A DNA stretch of 64,000 bases from a virus. Positions within the stretch are counted from its first letter, which is position 1, and the number at the start of each line of letters is the position of its first letter. Where the stretch lies: the IMG/VR virus record IMGVR_UViG_3300044961_000667, one strand, 5' to 3'. A program made the translations under genes and the position numbers. This document shows positions 23,198 to 32,711 of the stretch, in pieces. The notes beneath the pieces are model-generated. The model was not told the origin of the DNA and did not search any database. It saw only the letters and a list, made by a program, of their open reading frames with translations.

Positions 23198-23482
23198 CTA
23201 CGCGATGGCCTGCACCGTCTTCGCCAGCGGCCGAATCGCCTTCCGGTGCTTCTCGTCCAGGATGTCGATCTGGTTCAGCGTGTCTTCCAGGCGGTACGCG
23301 TCCGCGGCGAGCCCCAGCTCCTGCAGCCCACCCATCATCGCCGCGATGGCCCTGTTGAAGCCCGGATCCTTCATCTGACGCAGGATGCCCTCGTCGGCGA
23401 AGAGGGACGCAGCGAGTCGCCTCGCCATCTTGACGTCGTCCTGCGAGATCTCCTCCTTGAGCGCCTCGACGAGGTGTCGCAC
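23198..23482 (-). CDS. Hypothetical protein with LVEALK-type leader
   Basis: GTG start, RHLVEALKEEIS. Confidence 0.7.
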   Translation of the reverse strand: MRHLVEALKEEISQDDVKMARRLAASLFADEGILRQMKDPGFNRAIAAMMGGLQELGLAADAYRLEDTLNQIDILDEKHRKAIRPLAKTVQAIA

Positions 23483-23483
23483 G

Positions 23484-24174
23484 TCAGAGCCCCCATCATC
23501 TGCGAGACGCACTCCCAGACGATCTCGGCATCGACCTTCTTGCCGCGGTACTGCGGATCGTACTTCGCGAAGCTGTGGGCCGACTGCGCCACCATCGTCT
23601 CCGGCGAGTCGGACTGCTTCAGCTCGCGCCCCATCGAGCCGACGATCTTCTTGGCGATCTCGTGCTCGACCGGGTACCGCGTCGGTAACAACGCCTCACC
23701 CAACACCACTTCGTGAGACGGCCCATCGTCGTGGTAGCGAGGGTACTCGCGGACACTCTGCACGGTGAATCTGCCGACCCGTGCTCCGGGCTTGGGCAAC
23801 TTCTCGAAGAAGGCTTGGTCGGCCACGGTACCATCCGGGTAGTAGACCTTCGCGTAGATCCCATCGTCCCAACTCCGCTTGGCCTCGCCGAACACCTTCA
23901 CCACCGGCCGACCATTGGGCGACACCTTGGGTGGCGGGCGTTTCCCCGAATCGTCGATGCTCATCGAGCCTGGGTTCGAGAACTTCCGGAATAGGTACTT
24001 CTCCGCCCTCTCGTCGGAGCTGAACGGCCCATACGTGATGGCGTCATCGCTTTCGCCATGCTCCTGCGGCGCGAGATCCAGGTACCACTTCCCGTCGGTG
24101 GCCTTTCACACCTCGCAAAAGCGAGACATGGACTCCACCAACTCCTTCTTCAGCGCCTCGACGAGTCGTTTCAT
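23484..24174 (-). CDS. Hypothetical protein with LVEALK-type leader; in-frame TGA at 24106-24108 and a G-run indel near the end
   Basis: MKRLVEALKKELVESMSRFCEV*KATDGKWYLDL continues in frame into MSIDDSGKRP. Confidence 0.65.
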
Positions 24175-24449
24175 CCTTGCCTCAGAACGTTGATCAGCCA
24201 GTCCAACTTCCTCTCCACTCGAATCAGCCGGGCGTTGATCTCCTCGTTGGAGACACCACCCGGCGTCTTGGTGGGCCTGGTGGCGGCACGCTGCAGGCCG
24301 GTGGGCTGCGTCTTTGCGACGGGCACGGCCACCATAGGCACGTGGGTCTCGGAGATCTCCCCGCCACTATTCTTGTAGCGGTTGTGCTGGATGCCGACGT
24401 TCACCAACTCTTCCAGCGACAGGCCACCAATCTTGCCGCCTGACATGCC

Positions 24450-24784
24450 CTACTCCTCGCCAATGACTCTTCCGTATTGAACTCCACCTGACGTGCTCGA
24501 TCATCGTACAACACTTCGCACGCGTAGTCCTTCACGCAGGTGATGCGCAACTTCTGTCCGATGTGCAGCACGCACCAGTCCTCGATGCCGGCCACCTCAC
24601 GGGCCACCACCCGCTTGTCAGGCTCCGAGACTCGGGCGGTGAAGATGCGCACCTCCTTGCCGGCGGCGAGCAGCTCCTTCACGCGATTCACCATCGCCGG
24701 CACCGGCGGCCCCACCACGCCGTAGATGTGACGCCCGTCGTAGACGGCGAGCGTGCCGTCGAGATCGAAGCCAACCCAGCCCAT
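24450..24784 (-). CDS. HAD-family phosphatase (polynucleotide phosphatase type); indel near C-terminus
   Basis: GFDLDGTLA, IFTAR, YDDRA. Confidence 0.8.
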
Positions 24785-24795
24785 GCGTTCCTCGC

Positions 24796-25179
24796 TTACC
24801 CCGCCCAGTACCGCCACACGTCATCAGTCGTCGACGTGCTGGTGGTCGTGGTTCGATTGAAGCCCTGCTGCCGCACGACGACAACTCGAATCGGCGGCTG
24901 CGGCATGACGGGACGCTGGGCAACCTCCAGCTTCTCCATCTCCTCCATGACGCAGCTGACGAGGCGGAACAGCTCGGCCTTCCCCTCGTCGCCATTCGTC
25001 CTGTCGGGGTGCAGGTCCATCGCTGCGCGACGGAAGCCCGCCTTCGCCCGCGCCTTCAGCTGAACAAGTCTCTGCTTCGACTCTTCCAGGTTGTTCGTCT
25101 GCAGCGGGAACTGCAGATCGGCGAACGTCAGCCCCATCAGCTGCAGCGCCTGCGACACCTGCTGTTGAGTCAGCTTCAT
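24796..25179 (-). CDS. J-domain protein
   Basis: KAGFRRAAMDLHPDRTNGD...AELFR. Confidence 0.8.
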   Translation of the reverse strand: MKLTQQQVSQALQLMGLTFADLQFPLQTNNLEESKQRLVQLKARAKAGFRRAAMDLHPDRTNGDEGKAELFRLVSCVMEEMEKLEVAQRPVMPQPPIRVVVVRQQGFNRTTTTSTSTTDDVWRYWAG

Positions 25180-25641
25180 ACTCGGCCCAGCCTACTTGAT
25201 GATGGTCGCGAACGCCGGCGTACGGTCTCCGACGTAGGAGCCCACGACGTTGAAGTCGAAGAACTCGTTGGCGTCGGCACGGCTCATCTTGTCGCGCTGC
25301 ATCAGCACCTTGATGCGCTTCTCCCTGTCGTAGAGCGCGAGCGTCGAGCCTCCGGCGATCTCGACGTACCCGATGATGGCGTCGTCGAAACCGTCTGCGA
25401 GCACCATCTCCTCGTCCACCGCGGCCAGCTCTTCCCGGAGTCGCTCACCCTTGCGTGCCACCACGTCCTCCGCTTCTCCACGGCCACGTCAGCGGCCCGG
25501 TCGACGACATCGGTCCAGCCCAGGCCGGCACCGGCGTGTTGGTTGTGACACCTCCGAAGGCCCTCTGAAGAGGCGCCTGGCCGCCCCCGTACTCGTCGAA
25601 CAGCGGCACCGAGGATGTCGGGATGTCGCTCTCGTCGGGGC

Positions 25642-25926
25642 CTACAAGTCGACGAGATTGAACCTCGGGCGGTTCACCCCGTCCGGCCACGTCACCATCT
25701 CGCTCCACTGCTTCAGGCTTCGCACCTTCACGCGGCCCTTCCACTTTCCGAGCGGGACGTAGATCACCACCGGCTCGTGGCTTGCCTGGCTTCCGTCGGG
25801 CGGGTTGGTCGAGTCGTCGCCCACCATCAGCAGGTGGTACAGATCGCCGTCGCGGTGACGGTACACGCCCGGAACCGGGTCCAGCGGCTTCTTTGCCTCC
25901 GACTCGCCCTGCAGCATCGCTTCCAT
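25642..25926 (-). CDS. DUF1653-like SH3-fold protein
   Basis: GVYRHRDGDLY...EPVVIY...VRS...W...RPRF. Confidence 0.7.
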   Translation of the reverse strand: MEAMLQGESEAKKPLDPVPGVYRHRDGDLYHLLMVGDDSTNPPDGSQASHEPVVIYVPLGKWKGRVKVRSLKQWSEMVTWPDGVNRPRFNLVDL

Positions 25927-26251
25927 CAGCTTTTCTCCGTCGCGCCATTGGCGGCTCCGTTGCCGCTGACAACCGCGGGCTGAACTCGACTGGGGTTCGT
26001 CTCCGGCGTGAAGGGCGGCGTCACCATCGGCGTCTGCCCCGTGTCGAACGCCTTCCCGTCGGCGCCCATCTTTCGGCACCTGTCGCGGTCCTTGCACTCG
26101 AACTCCTCGGGACCGTTGTTCACCTTCAGGACGTTCAGCCCACCAAGCGTACTGTCGATGGGCTGCGTGACTCCGCAGAGTCGGCACTTCTTCCACGGCT
26201 TCGCGGGCTCGTAAGGCATGGAGTCCTTACTGCACGAGTTCGTCGAATTCG

Positions 26252-26707
26252 TCAATAGGACGAGACGATCTGACTGACAGCCGGGTACAGCTTCTCAACA
26301 GACTCGCGAGTCTGGTGCTCGACGCACAGCGGCCACGACTTCATGTCGACCCAGCCGATGTGCTGCGTCCAGGCTGAACAGATCGCGCAGCGGCGCTGCT
26401 CTTCCTCGTTCGGCTTGTCCGAGAAGCGCAGCTGCGTGTCGAGCAGGTACTTGCGGTAGCACGCCTGCGCCTCTTCGGCGGTGGCATGCCCGTCGGCGTG
26501 GTAGTTCGCCTTCAGCGGCTCGAACTTCGCCTGGTGTTCCTTCACCATGCGCTCGATCTGCTCCGGGGAGCCCACGTACGACAGGTCCTCCGCGGTGAGC
26601 GGCCTCCACGCCTTGCAGTACCCGACTGGCCACGTCTTGCCGTCGTTCATGCAGGTGAAGTCGAAACGCTGATCAGACAGCCTCTGTCTCGCGGCGTAGT
26701 AGTTGAT
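26252..26707 (-). CDS. Hypothetical protein (target gene of adjacent HNH); possible ATC start
   Basis: AGGAG-6 nt-ATC in frame with ATG 26650. Confidence 0.6.
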   Translation of the reverse strand: MNYYAARQRLSDQRFDFTCMNDGKTWPVGYCKAWRPLTAEDLSYVGSPEQIERMVKEHQAKFEPLKANYHADGHATAEEAQACYRKYLLDTQLRFSDKPNEEEQRRCAICSAWTQHIGWVDMKSWPLCVEHQTRESVEKLYPAVSQIVSSY

Positions 26708-26716
26708 GGTTGTCTC

Positions 26717-27193
26717 CTAGATGTGCGCCCAGCGCTCCTTGCGTTCAAGCTGGCCGACATACCTTCGGTCAACACCGAATTGCTTGGCCACGGTGCTCGG
26801 TGAAACACCTTCCTCACGGAGCTTCCGAATCTTCCGAACGGCGTCGCCAGTCAGCCTGGCATTGCCGTGCTTTTCGCCTGGGTGCATTCGCCCCCGAACA
26901 ACCGCGTCCTGAGAGTTCTCTTTGTAGGTCCCGAGCACAAGATGCTCTGGGCGGACACATCTACGGGTGTCGCACCGATGCCGCAGCACCTTGGTTCCGC
27001 GACCGCGCGGGAGAGACCCGAACCCATACGCCAACTCGTAAGCAAATCGGTGCACCAGCATCTGCGATCCGTCGGTCAGATAGAGGGCTCCATACCCCTG
27101 CTTGGTCGCACCACCAGTCCACAACCAACACGTATCGGTCTTCTGGACCCGGCTCCAGAACTTATCGATCAAACCTTGATCAAAATCGTTCAT
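26717..27193 (-). mobile_element. HNH homing endonuclease with C-terminal HTH
   Basis: CWLWTG...GYG...HRFAY...HRCDTRRCVRPEHL..GT..EN; atypical codon use. Confidence 0.9.
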
Positions 27194-27632
27194 GCAGTGG
27201 CGCAAGCCTCACGGGCTCGTCAGCAGGACTTTCACTTCTTCTTCTTGGACACCAGCTGGCCCAGGCTGAACTTGGGCTTCGGCGGGAGCGGGTCCGGACC
27301 CGGCGGCACGCCGGTGGGCACGGGCCTGGGAGCCACATCGGGCGGCGGCGGCGGCTTCACGGGCACGCCCAGCCGTCGATCGTCCTCGTCCAGCCAGACG
27401 TTCACCGACATGAGCGCCGCCGTCAGCGTGTCGAAGCGCTCCGACTGCTTCACGCTGGTCGAGCCGTTCGGGTACGAGCGGATCCACACCAGCTTCACAG
27501 GCTTCAGATCGCCAAGCGGTTGCCCGCGGCGAACAGCCCTCTTGTACGACTGGCTCGTCAGAACTTCGAGGTGTCCCTCCGGGCCAAGCCGAGCGAGCAC
27601 CCCGGAGTAGAGCTGTTCGAGATCGATGGACA

Positions 27633-27998
27633 TCAGTCGACCAGCTTCTCCAGTTGCCGCACGACGGCGAGGAACAGGTAGTCCTTCGCCTGCTGCTCCT
27701 TCGGCAACTGCTCGAATGGCACCAGACAGTGGTGCGTCGGGGGCTTCGCGTCGGGGTCCTTCTTCTCGCCGTACACCCAGCCCGTCGCCACCTTCTCCTT
27801 CATCCACTCGGCGTGCGAGTCGGAGGGCTTCGAGTCCGGATTGGCGAGGTGGTAGTTGACGCCCTTCATCACGGACACCTTCTGCCACTCAGGCGCCTCG
27901 CTCCACGGCACCTGGCTCGTGTCGCCGATGGCCTGGCAGTAGGCCCGATTCACCTCGTGGCACACGGACGCGATGACCTCAACTTTCGACTTCGCCAT
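27633..27998 (-). CDS. RyR-domain protein
   Basis: SHAEWMKEKVATGWVYG.KKD...THHCLVPFEQLP..QQAKD. Confidence 0.85.
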   Translation of the reverse strand: MAKSKVEVIASVCHEVNRAYCQAIGDTSQVPWSEAPEWQKVSVMKGVNYHLANPDSKPSDSHAEWMKEKVATGWVYGEKKDPDAKPPTHHCLVPFEQLPKEQQAKDYLFLAVVRQLEKLVD

Positions 27999-28662
27999 GA
28001 CCAGCCCTCCTTCGTTCCCACATGGCCAAAGCGGCCAGTCGGTTCTTTTCGCGTGCCTCCGGCGAGTGTTTCTTGCCGGAAAAGTTCTTGTTGCCCATCA
28101 GACCAAGGCTGATGTTCAGGCTCCGCTCGGCGCTGTGTTTCTTGCCAGTCCGCTGCGTGACCAACAACTGGATCGTCTCCGGCGAATGCTTCTTTCCGAT
28201 CTGGGCCGACCGAAGCATCTCCTGAATGTGCTCTGGCCGAGACTTGCCACGATGGAGAGCGGCCAGCTTTCTCCTGGTCTCTGAAGAAAGCGTCCGCCCC
28301 TTCTGCGCCGCAGACATCTTCGCCTTAGCTTCCGGCGTGTGCCTGTACCCAAGAAGCGAACCGGCCTTGGGCGCCAGATTGTACGGCGGACTCAGCACGT
28401 CGATGTGGTGCTGCTCTCGCTCAACGAGCATGGCTGGATCTTCGACCCGCTCCACCACGGAGAAACGGAACGACGCCTCGCCGTACTTGTTCCAGGCCAT
28501 CTGCAGTTTCTGATTGGGGTGCGTTCCGCAACGGAGATGATGTCGATGACCGTACCAACGCTTGGCACCGTGGACTGCGCTCCCAACGTAGAACTTGCCG
28601 TTGACGACGTTGGAGATCCTGTACACGCAGGAAAAGCTGGCGATCTTCTCGACCTTCGACAT
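27979..28662 (-). mobile_element. GIY-YIG homing endonuclease with NUMOD3 repeats
   Basis: CVYRISN...FYVGSA...RW..H...HPN..LQ.AWNKYG; repeated G.KHS.E. Confidence 0.9.
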
Positions 28663-28716
28663 GGGCTTCTCCTTTTCGTCCCATAGAGCCCGCATGGTCG
28701 CCGGCGTCAAGCGCTC

Positions 28717-29011
28717 CTATTTCTGGCCAGCCAACACCATGCGCAGCTTTCGCATAGCCTTGTCGGCGTCGTACAGCGCGGCCTCAAGCCTCTTGGCGGC
28801 CGGGTGCGGACCGAGCGCATCGATGAAGTGCTGGATGTCGATGAGAATCTCATCGAAGTGGGTCTTGTGGCTCCGCAGCTTCGCGAGGATGTCGCTGGCG
28901 GCCCCGCCGAGGGGCTCTTCGGCTTCCCCCCAGCGCCAGCTTCACGGACTCCAGGAGGGCGTTGGTGCGATCGAACGGACTACGACGAGACTCCACGCGC
29001 ATCTGATTCAT
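28717..29011 (-). pseudogene. Fourth TNxLLESVK-leader gene, frameshifted in a G6 run
   Basis: RTNALLESVKLALG; removing one G restores EAEEPLGGAASDIL...LAGQK*; span is 3n+1. Confidence 0.7.
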
Positions 29012-29167
29012 GGCCAGCCCTCCCTCGTTTTCTCCACCGTCTTTTGAACTGCACGATGATGTAGCCGCGCTGCCTCGCCGGCAACACCGCTTTCACCTCG
29101 CGGCGCCTGCCATCGGTGTACACCACGACGTCCCCCGGCTTCAGCTGCTTCAGCGTCTTGAGCGTGC

Positions 29168-29515
29168 TCATCGTTTTCCCCCGTCGTAGGCGACGGCGTG
29201 CCCGGCGCGGATCATCTCTTCGTTCACCACCACGCCCGCCCCGTTGACGATGGTGGCCAACATCCGTCCGTACTTGTCGGACTCGTCCTTCTTCGTGCGG
29301 ATCGTGACCGGCCCCTTCGACATCAGGTCCGCCATGTACTTGGTCGCCGCCTGCGCCCTCGCCCTTTCGGTGGCGTCCTTCGACGACATCTCCGGCGTGT
29401 TGATGCCGAGTAGTCGGAAGCGCTCCTCGACGTGGACGCTGAAGCCCAGGTCGACGCGAAGGTCGACGGTGTCCCCGTCGACGACCTTCAACAACGTCGC
29501 CCTGTACTCGTACAT
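29168..29515 (-). CDS. Thermonuclease (SNase) family nuclease
   Basis: KVVDGDT...RLLGINTPE...DKYGRMLA...VNEEMI..GHA. Confidence 0.9.
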   Translation of the reverse strand: MYEYRATLLKVVDGDTVDLRVDLGFSVHVEERFRLLGINTPEMSSKDATERARAQAATKYMADLMSKGPVTIRTKKDESDKYGRMLATIVNGAGVVVNEEMIRAGHAVAYDGGKR

Positions 29516-29545
29516 ATCGACCCCTGGTGCAATCGATTGCGCGAC

Positions 29546-29863
29546 TCAGTCCTCTTCGGACTCGTCGTCGTCAGCCTCGTCCGCCATGGATTCGATCCGC
29601 TGGCGAAGATCGTCGATGTTCCCAGTCTGGTGGCGGCCGGCAATCCACCCCTTCAGGTGCGGAATGATGTAGGCCGCCATCACGGGCTTCAATCCCGGAA
29701 CGGAGCGGTACACCTCCTTGAGGGACTCCAAAACATCCCTGATGCCCTCTTCGGCGTCATCGAGAGCGCTCAGCGCGGCATCGAAGTCAGAGCCAGGTCG
29801 AATCCCTTCGTGAAGCTCGCGCTTCACGGACTCCAACAGCGTGTTGGTCTTCTTCAGGTTCAT
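29546..29863 (-). CDS. Hypothetical protein with TNxLLESVK leader
   Basis: MNLKKTNTLLESVKRELHE; GAGGAGG RBS. Confidence 0.8.
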   Translation of the reverse strand: MNLKKTNTLLESVKRELHEGIRPGSDFDAALSALDDAEEGIRDVLESLKEVYRSVPGLKPVMAAYIIPHLKGWIAGRHQTGNIDDLRQRIESMADEADDDESEED

Positions 29864-29897
29864 GGTTCCTCCTCTTGTGCAATCGATTGCGCGTGCT

Positions 29898-30302
29898 TCA
29901 GCCGGCCTTGACAATGGCCCAGACGGCCCTGGCAACCTGGAGGCAGTCCGCCATCTCCTTCATCGCCATCTCGATGTCGCCCGCAGTCATGTTCTTCGGG
30001 TTGAATCCGTACCCGCCGATCTTCCCCGGCTCCAGGCCAACGCCAAGCTGCGCCATGCCGTGCGTGCCATGGATGTCGAACGTCTGGTCCATGCCCCATT
30101 GCTCGATGTTCTTCAGCACGCGATCGGCGCCGCCGTAACGATACTTTGCCCGCCCCGACGTCAGCGCGCGAGCGATCTTCTGGGCGAGAACGGGGTCGAC
30201 CGAATCCGTAGCCTCCCCGATGTATCGCGAGGAGCGCCTGGCCGGATTCGCCAACTCCTTCTTCACCGACTCCAACAGGACATTCGTTCTCTTCAGATCC
30301 AT
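29898..30302 (-). CDS. Hypothetical protein with TNxLLESVK leader
   Basis: MDLKRTNVLLESVKKEL. Confidence 0.8.
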   Translation of the reverse strand: MDLKRTNVLLESVKKELANPARRSSRYIGEATDSVDPVLAQKIARALTSGRAKYRYGGADRVLKNIEQWGMDQTFDIHGTHGMAQLGVGLEPGKIGGYGFNPKNMTAGDIEMAMKEMADCLQVARAVWAIVKAG

Positions 30303-30319
30303 GATTGAGTTCTCTTTCT

Positions 30320-30829
30320 TTACTTCGGGGCGGGCTTCGTCAGATCGCGATTGTTGTGCAGGTACGACGCGATTTGCTGGCTCATCGCGTACAACTGATT
30401 CGACAACCGCTTTGCGAACGCCTTGGCTTCGGGCACATCGCTGAACCGAGCCACCTGCGTGAGAGAGTGGGCCGCCTTGCCGTCGAACATCTCCACGCGG
30501 GCACGATCGAGAAAGTCATAGGTGTCCTTCGCGTCGTGGCCTGTCGCCTCGCCGAGGCTCTTGGACTTGCGCGGCCGGTTGCCGGGCGTGCTGGTCAGCT
30601 CGTCGTGAAGCTCTTCGAGCGCGCGAATCGCGGCGTCGACCGGCGTCACGGAGATCATCGAGCCGAGCTTGCCCTTGTTGGCCCTCAGCTCCTTCACCAT
30701 CTTCGCGACACGCCCCTCCCAGTTCGTGAGATCGGCGTCCAGGTCCTCCTTCACCGGGCGGCTACGCCCCGAGAGGCGGCTCTTCACGGACTCCAGGAGG
30801 GCGTTGGTCTTCTTCGGGTCCACGGGCAT
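30320..30829 (-). CDS. Hypothetical protein with TNxLLESVK leader
   Basis: MPVDPKKTNALLESVKSRL. Confidence 0.8.
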   Translation of the reverse strand: MPVDPKKTNALLESVKSRLSGRSRPVKEDLDADLTNWEGRVAKMVKELRANKGKLGSMISVTPVDAAIRALEELHDELTSTPGNRPRKSKSLGEATGHDAKDTYDFLDRARVEMFDGKAAHSLTQVARFSDVPEAKAFAKRLSNQLYAMSQQIASYLHNNRDLTKPAPK

Positions 30830-30835
30830 GTCTCC

Positions 30836-30895
30836 TCAGAAGCAGCAGCTATCACGATAGCCGCACTTGGGGCACTTGTCGTCTGTCGGCTTCAT
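30836..30895 (-). pseudogene. Displaced duplicate 3' end of the zinc-ribbon gene
   Basis: MKPTDDKCPKCGYRDSCCF* versus MKPEHAHYICPKCHYRDSCCF* at 31282-31347. Confidence 0.8.
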
Positions 30896-31278
30896 GCGAC
30901 CCTCAATGCGTTGACGTTTGGACGAGGACGCTTGAGGTACGCCTCAGCCAATGGTTGGAGCCCTCGCTCCACGCCCCCAATGAACCAGTTGCAGAACGCA
31001 CACAGCAGCCCTCTGACGTCACCGGTCTGATGATCGTGGTCGACATGCAGCAGCGCCCTGAAATTGCCAGGCAGTTTCTCTGGCGCCTTGCCGCAACAAG
31101 CACAGACTCCGCCCTGCTTTTCAAGCAGCGAGTCGTACACCTCGGCGGTGATGCCGTACCGCTTCTTCAGGGTGTGGGTCCGCTTGCGATCGTACGACGC
31201 CGCCATCCATCGCTCGTGACCGACTGGGTCACGAGCGATCCTGGCCTTGGTCCATCTGGCGTTCGTCGACTTAGTCAT
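30892..31278 (-). mobile_element. Endonuclease VII-family homing endonuclease
   Basis: YGIT...QGGVCACC...LHVDHDHQTGDVRGLLC..CN. Confidence 0.9.
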
Positions 31279-31281
31279 GAC

Positions 31282-31479
31282 TCAGAAGCAACACGAGTCC
31301 CGATAGTGACACTTCGGGCAAATGTAGTGCGCGTGTTCGGGCTTCATCGTCGTCGAGCACTGGGGGCACGACGTCGACAAGTCGCAGCTCGCCGGCTTTT
31401 CTTCCGTCAGCACTCGCGCGTTCGACGGCTGGCGCGAGCGCTGCGGAAGCTCCTCTGTGATCAGTCCCGGCTTTTGCAC
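31282..31479 (-). CDS. Small zinc-ribbon protein
   Basis: CPQC...CPKC..RDSCCF. Confidence 0.7.
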   Translation of the reverse strand: MQKPGLITEELPQRSRQPSNARVLTEEKPASCDLSTSCPQCSTTMKPEHAHYICPKCHYRDSCCF

Positions 31480-31819
31480 CGGGCCAATCTACGCGGCCTG
31501 GTTTTCAGATTCAAGAGCGTACTCCTTCAGAGCCAGCTCGACGGCCTCAGCCTGCTGCTCCGAGGTGTGCTGCTTGAAGTGCACCTTTCGCCGGCTGTGG
31601 GCGATGAGCTGGTACAGCCGACTGGCGTGCTGCTTCTCGGCTTTCAGCCGGGCGATCGTGCCAGGCGTGAACTTCTTGAACGTCGGGTCCCAGCTGCCGC
31701 TCTCCAGTCGCGGCTGATGCGACTCGCGGAGAATGCCCTTCAGCATCTTGATCTCCGCCTCGATGTCCTTCCGGTCCTGGTGCAGCTTCTTCAGGTTCAG
31801 CTTCATGGCCTTCTCTCCT

Positions 31820-32165
31820 TCAACGAAGCAAGGAGAGCCGCCCGAGCGCCCTCCTCACGGTGGGGGTTCGGACGGTGGGCACGATGCCCAACGCCATGAG
31901 CGCGCCGTTGAAGGGCGCGTCGGGCTCTCTGATGGCTGTGTGCGGGATGCCGAGACGCTGAAGCTCGGCTTCGAGCCGAAGCAGCTCCTCCTCGTCGGAG
32001 ACGGCAAGAGCAACAGCTCTGGTACTCGGGGGGACTTGCTCGCGGACGGACTCGCCGGCCGCGTGAATCGTCTGGGCAACCTGCACCCCTGGGGGCAGGT
32101 CTCGCCTCAAGACGACGTAGTGGTACAGCGGCTCTTCGTTACAGCACTACCTGGCTCAGCGACAT
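31820..32165 (-). CDS. Peptidyl-tRNA hydrolase type 2-like (Pth2/PTRHD1); the RBS-linked ATG is one frame off
   Basis: YHYVVLRRDL...QVAQTIHAA...IREPD...ALMALG. Confidence 0.8.
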
Positions 32166-32181
32166 GTGCTTCTCCTTTCAG

Positions 32182-32210
32182 CGCCCACGACGGGACTCGA
32201 ACCCGCTTCG
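32182..32210 (-). pseudogene. 3' part (T arm and acceptor) of split tRNA-like gene
   Basis: GCGGG TTCGAGT CCCGT CGTGGGC G pairs with GCCCTCG at 32758-32752. Confidence 0.8.
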
Positions 32211-32620
32211 ACGACGATGGGTTCTTTCAGCATGGCAGTTGGCACAAACAACCTCGCACTTCGCCAACTCCATTCTCACATCTTCCTCTGAACGGGCGTG
32301 GTTGACCATCCTCGACACGTCGTCTTGCTTCGTTCCCCTGACGTGATCAAACTGCATCACCCACGGCCCATACTGATGGCCACAGTCCGTACACGGCGTC
32401 GTGCTCTTGATCTCGTTGGCGATCTTGCGAAGCGTTTCACGCTTGATCGACTTGTACGCCCTGTTCTTGTCGACGTACTTCTGGTGATTGGAGCGGTAGT
32501 GCTTTCGCGAACCCTTCTGCATGCACACCCGACATCGCGAATGCCGCAGCGTCGGCTTCCTCTTCCAGTTGAAGTCGTCCTCTGACTTGAACCGTTCGCA
32601 TCCGGAGCACCACTTCTGAA

Positions 32621-32696
32621 CGCCCCCGGCGGGAATCGAACCCGCAACCCGTTCGCCTGTAGTCGGCGACAGCTCTGCCAGTTGAGCTACGGAAGC
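32621..32696 (-). tRNA. Intact tRNA-like gene with non-canonical loop GACUACA (central triplet CUA; identity undetermined)
   Basis: Cloverleaf with normal D and T arms; A33, C37, 3 extra nt. Confidence 0.75.
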
Positions 32697-32711
32697 ATCT
32701 TCCACATCATC

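Larger units (their letters stand above)
32178..32705 (-). mobile_element. HNH endonuclease inside a split tRNA-like gene; ORF reads through a tRNA-like gene
   Basis: PCTDCG...VMQFDHVRG...KCEVVCANCH..RT; GGAG-5 nt-GTG start. Confidence 0.85.

Noticed and set aside
32621..32696. Genome-wide amber recoding implied by the CUA triplet
   Set aside because: Many intact genes end in TAG (for example 9626, 26717, 42801) and long genes are not interrupted by TAG
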